DNA of 64,000 bases from a virus. Position 1 is the stretch's first letter. Each line of letters begins with the position of its first letter. The notes below the pieces were generated by a model, which did not search any database, was not told the DNA's origin, and saw only the letters and a list, made by a program, of their open reading frames with translations. The DNA is taken from positions 123,494-187,493 of IMG/VR virus record IMGVR_UViG_3300020442_000006. One strand, 5' to 3'. Made by a program: the position numbers and the translations under genes. Below, one piece after another: positions 62,756 to 64,000 of this stretch.

Positions 62756-63070
62756 TTAGCAATTCCACGCACGTAGTGATTTGTTAATCCTGCTATCAGG
62801 ATCGCTGGCAGTTTTCTTGGAGGTCAACTTCTTCTTCATACCTTTCATTCTAGCGCAGAACGATGCCCTACGGGGATTTCCAACCTTCTTGCTTGGAGCT
62901 TTAAGGTCGCTTCCAGGATTTTCTCTCTCGTAAGATTTTCTGCCTTTCTCGTTAAGACCTCCAGACTTTGACTTGCCAGCCTTCTTTGTCCAGGCTGCAC
63001 CTTCTAAAATTCCGTTATCCTGCTCACTGGCAGACTCAGCGAGTCTTTTAAATTCTTTGTAATTTATCAT
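62756..63070 (-). CDS. Basic protein with a capsid-targeting-like N-terminus
   Basis: MINYKEFKRLAE..ILE/GAAWTKKAGK..GGLNEKGRKSY..SFCARM..WNC; late promoter at 63099-63104. Confidence 0.75.
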   Translation of the reverse strand: MINYKEFKRLAESASEQDNGILEGAAWTKKAGKSKSGGLNEKGRKSYERENPGSDLKAPSKKVGNPRRASFCARMKGMKKKLTSKKTASDPDSRINKSLRAWNC

Positions 63071-63101
63071 AAAGATACCATGTCAGGGTATACGAATCTA
63101 T

Positions 63102-63509
63102 TTAGCGTTTTCCTCCACCCATTTGCTTTAACATCTTCTGCAATTCTGCTGTACTACCAACAAACATAGCGTTATTAGTGACTTTTGAAGGACCTTTCTT
63201 TTCTTCATCTAGGTCTTTCATATTCTTATGTAATGCTTGTAATTTCTCTGTCATGTCTGCAACGTGCTTCATTGCTGCTACAGCAACTTCATACGCTCTA
63301 GGGTGCCCACTTTCCTGTGCCACCTCTAAGGCACCTCTGACCGCCTCCTGACCCTGATCTATGAGTGAGTATAATTCACCACGAGTATACTCATAGTCTT
63401 TCTGTTGATCATCTTTATCTGTTCTAGGACCTGCTGGTTTAACTGGTTCAGATGGAGCATCAACACTGATGTTCAACATCTCTTCCATGTTATCTTCTAG
63501 GCTACTCAT
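63102..63509 (-). CDS. g16: Terminase small subunit (gp16)
   Basis: DYEYTR..LY, A.ESGHPRAYEV, NNAMFVGSTAELQKML. Confidence 0.95.
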   Translation of the reverse strand: MSSLEDNMEEMLNISVDAPSEPVKPAGPRTDKDDQQKDYEYTRGELYSLIDQGQEAVRGALEVAQESGHPRAYEVAVAAMKHVADMTEKLQALHKNMKDLDEEKKGPSKVTNNAMFVGSTAELQKMLKQMGGGKR

Positions 63510-64000
63510 AAGAATTCAATTCCTTCATTAAATCCAAAGTCATCACCAGCATCCACTAATGCATCATCATTTACATCAATGACACCATCAGTGTTGATAT
63601 CAGTTTTTGCTTTGGGTGTATATGTTCTAGTAATAGTTCTACGATTGACTGCTCTATCACCAAGTGTCTCATGTATGATTGCCTTCTTAATAACATCAGA
63701 TGTGTTGTAAGGACCGTATAGATAAGACTTCATTGTGAAGTTTAGAGTGTAGATAATATATCTACGCTCATAAAAACTATCGTCCCACTCATCTTCATAT
63801 CCAACATTATTCAGAACTACAGCAACATCTCTCTTCTCATTCATGTCTGGAATCATGTTGAGAGTGATACTGAATGATGGTTGGAAGTATGGTAATATCT
63901 GCTCAGTAATTTGTAGAGCATCGTCTTGTGACTTAGCAATTACACCAAGTTCAAATGATAGATTGTATGGTACAGGAACATACTGTACTCTTACCTCACC
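63506..64000 (-). CDS. g15: Tail terminator / sheath stabiliser (gp15), 5' end outside the window
   Basis: The frame is open to the window edge: VPVPYNLSFEL..QDDALQITEQILPYFQPSF..YTLNFTMKSYLYGP. Confidence 0.95.
   Translation of the reverse strand, partial: GEVRVQYVPVPYNLSFELGVIAKSQDDALQITEQILPYFQPSFSITLNMIPDMNEKRDVAVVLNNVGYEDEWDDSFYERRYIIYTLNFTMKSYLYGPYNTSDVIKKAIIHETLGDRAVNRRTITRTYTPKAKTDINTDGVIDVNDDALVDAGDDFGFNEGIEFL

Noticed and set aside
1-64000. tRNA, rRNA, CRISPR arrays, IS elements
   Set aside because: I saw no cloverleaf or T-loop signature, no regularly spaced repeat-spacer array and no transposase in any intergenic gap I read.

Overview
This is a 64 kb segment of a T4-like marine cyanomyovirus, most likely a Synechococcus phage because it carries zwf, gnd, talC, petE, ptox and pcyA. 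Almost all genes are on the minus strand. Reading in the direction of transcription (right to left) the order is: gp15 (partial); gp16; an auxiliary-metabolic island (petE, ptox, gnd, zwf); gp17; gp18-23; gp3; uvsY/uvsW; gp55; pcyA; gp47/46; a VWA protein with a MoxR-type AAA ATPase; gp45/44/62; regA; a divergent trio of signal-peptide genes; hsp20; gp43; uvsX; gp41; mazG; a structured ncRNA; a late block of nuclease-like, ligase-like and HIGH-nucleotidyltransferase genes followed by long basic modular proteins; gp61; nrdA/nrdB; a riboswitch-led small-ORF operon; talC; and a GIY-YIG-like gene (partial). I saw no tRNA, rRNA, CRISPR array, intron or intein. Four observations stand out. (1) A tandem glutamine-II-riboswitch-like element whose second copy is split by a 56-codon ORF, upstream of a DUF4278 peptide. 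(2) A set of late proteins with T4-like capsid-targeting N-termini and modules delimited by gp21-type Glu cleavage sites, which may be packaged polyproteins. (3) A nuclease / KxDG ligase-like / HIGH nucleotidyltransferase module. (4) A back-to-back antisense sigma70 promoter next to g55. All family assignments come from motif recognition by eye; no database search was run.
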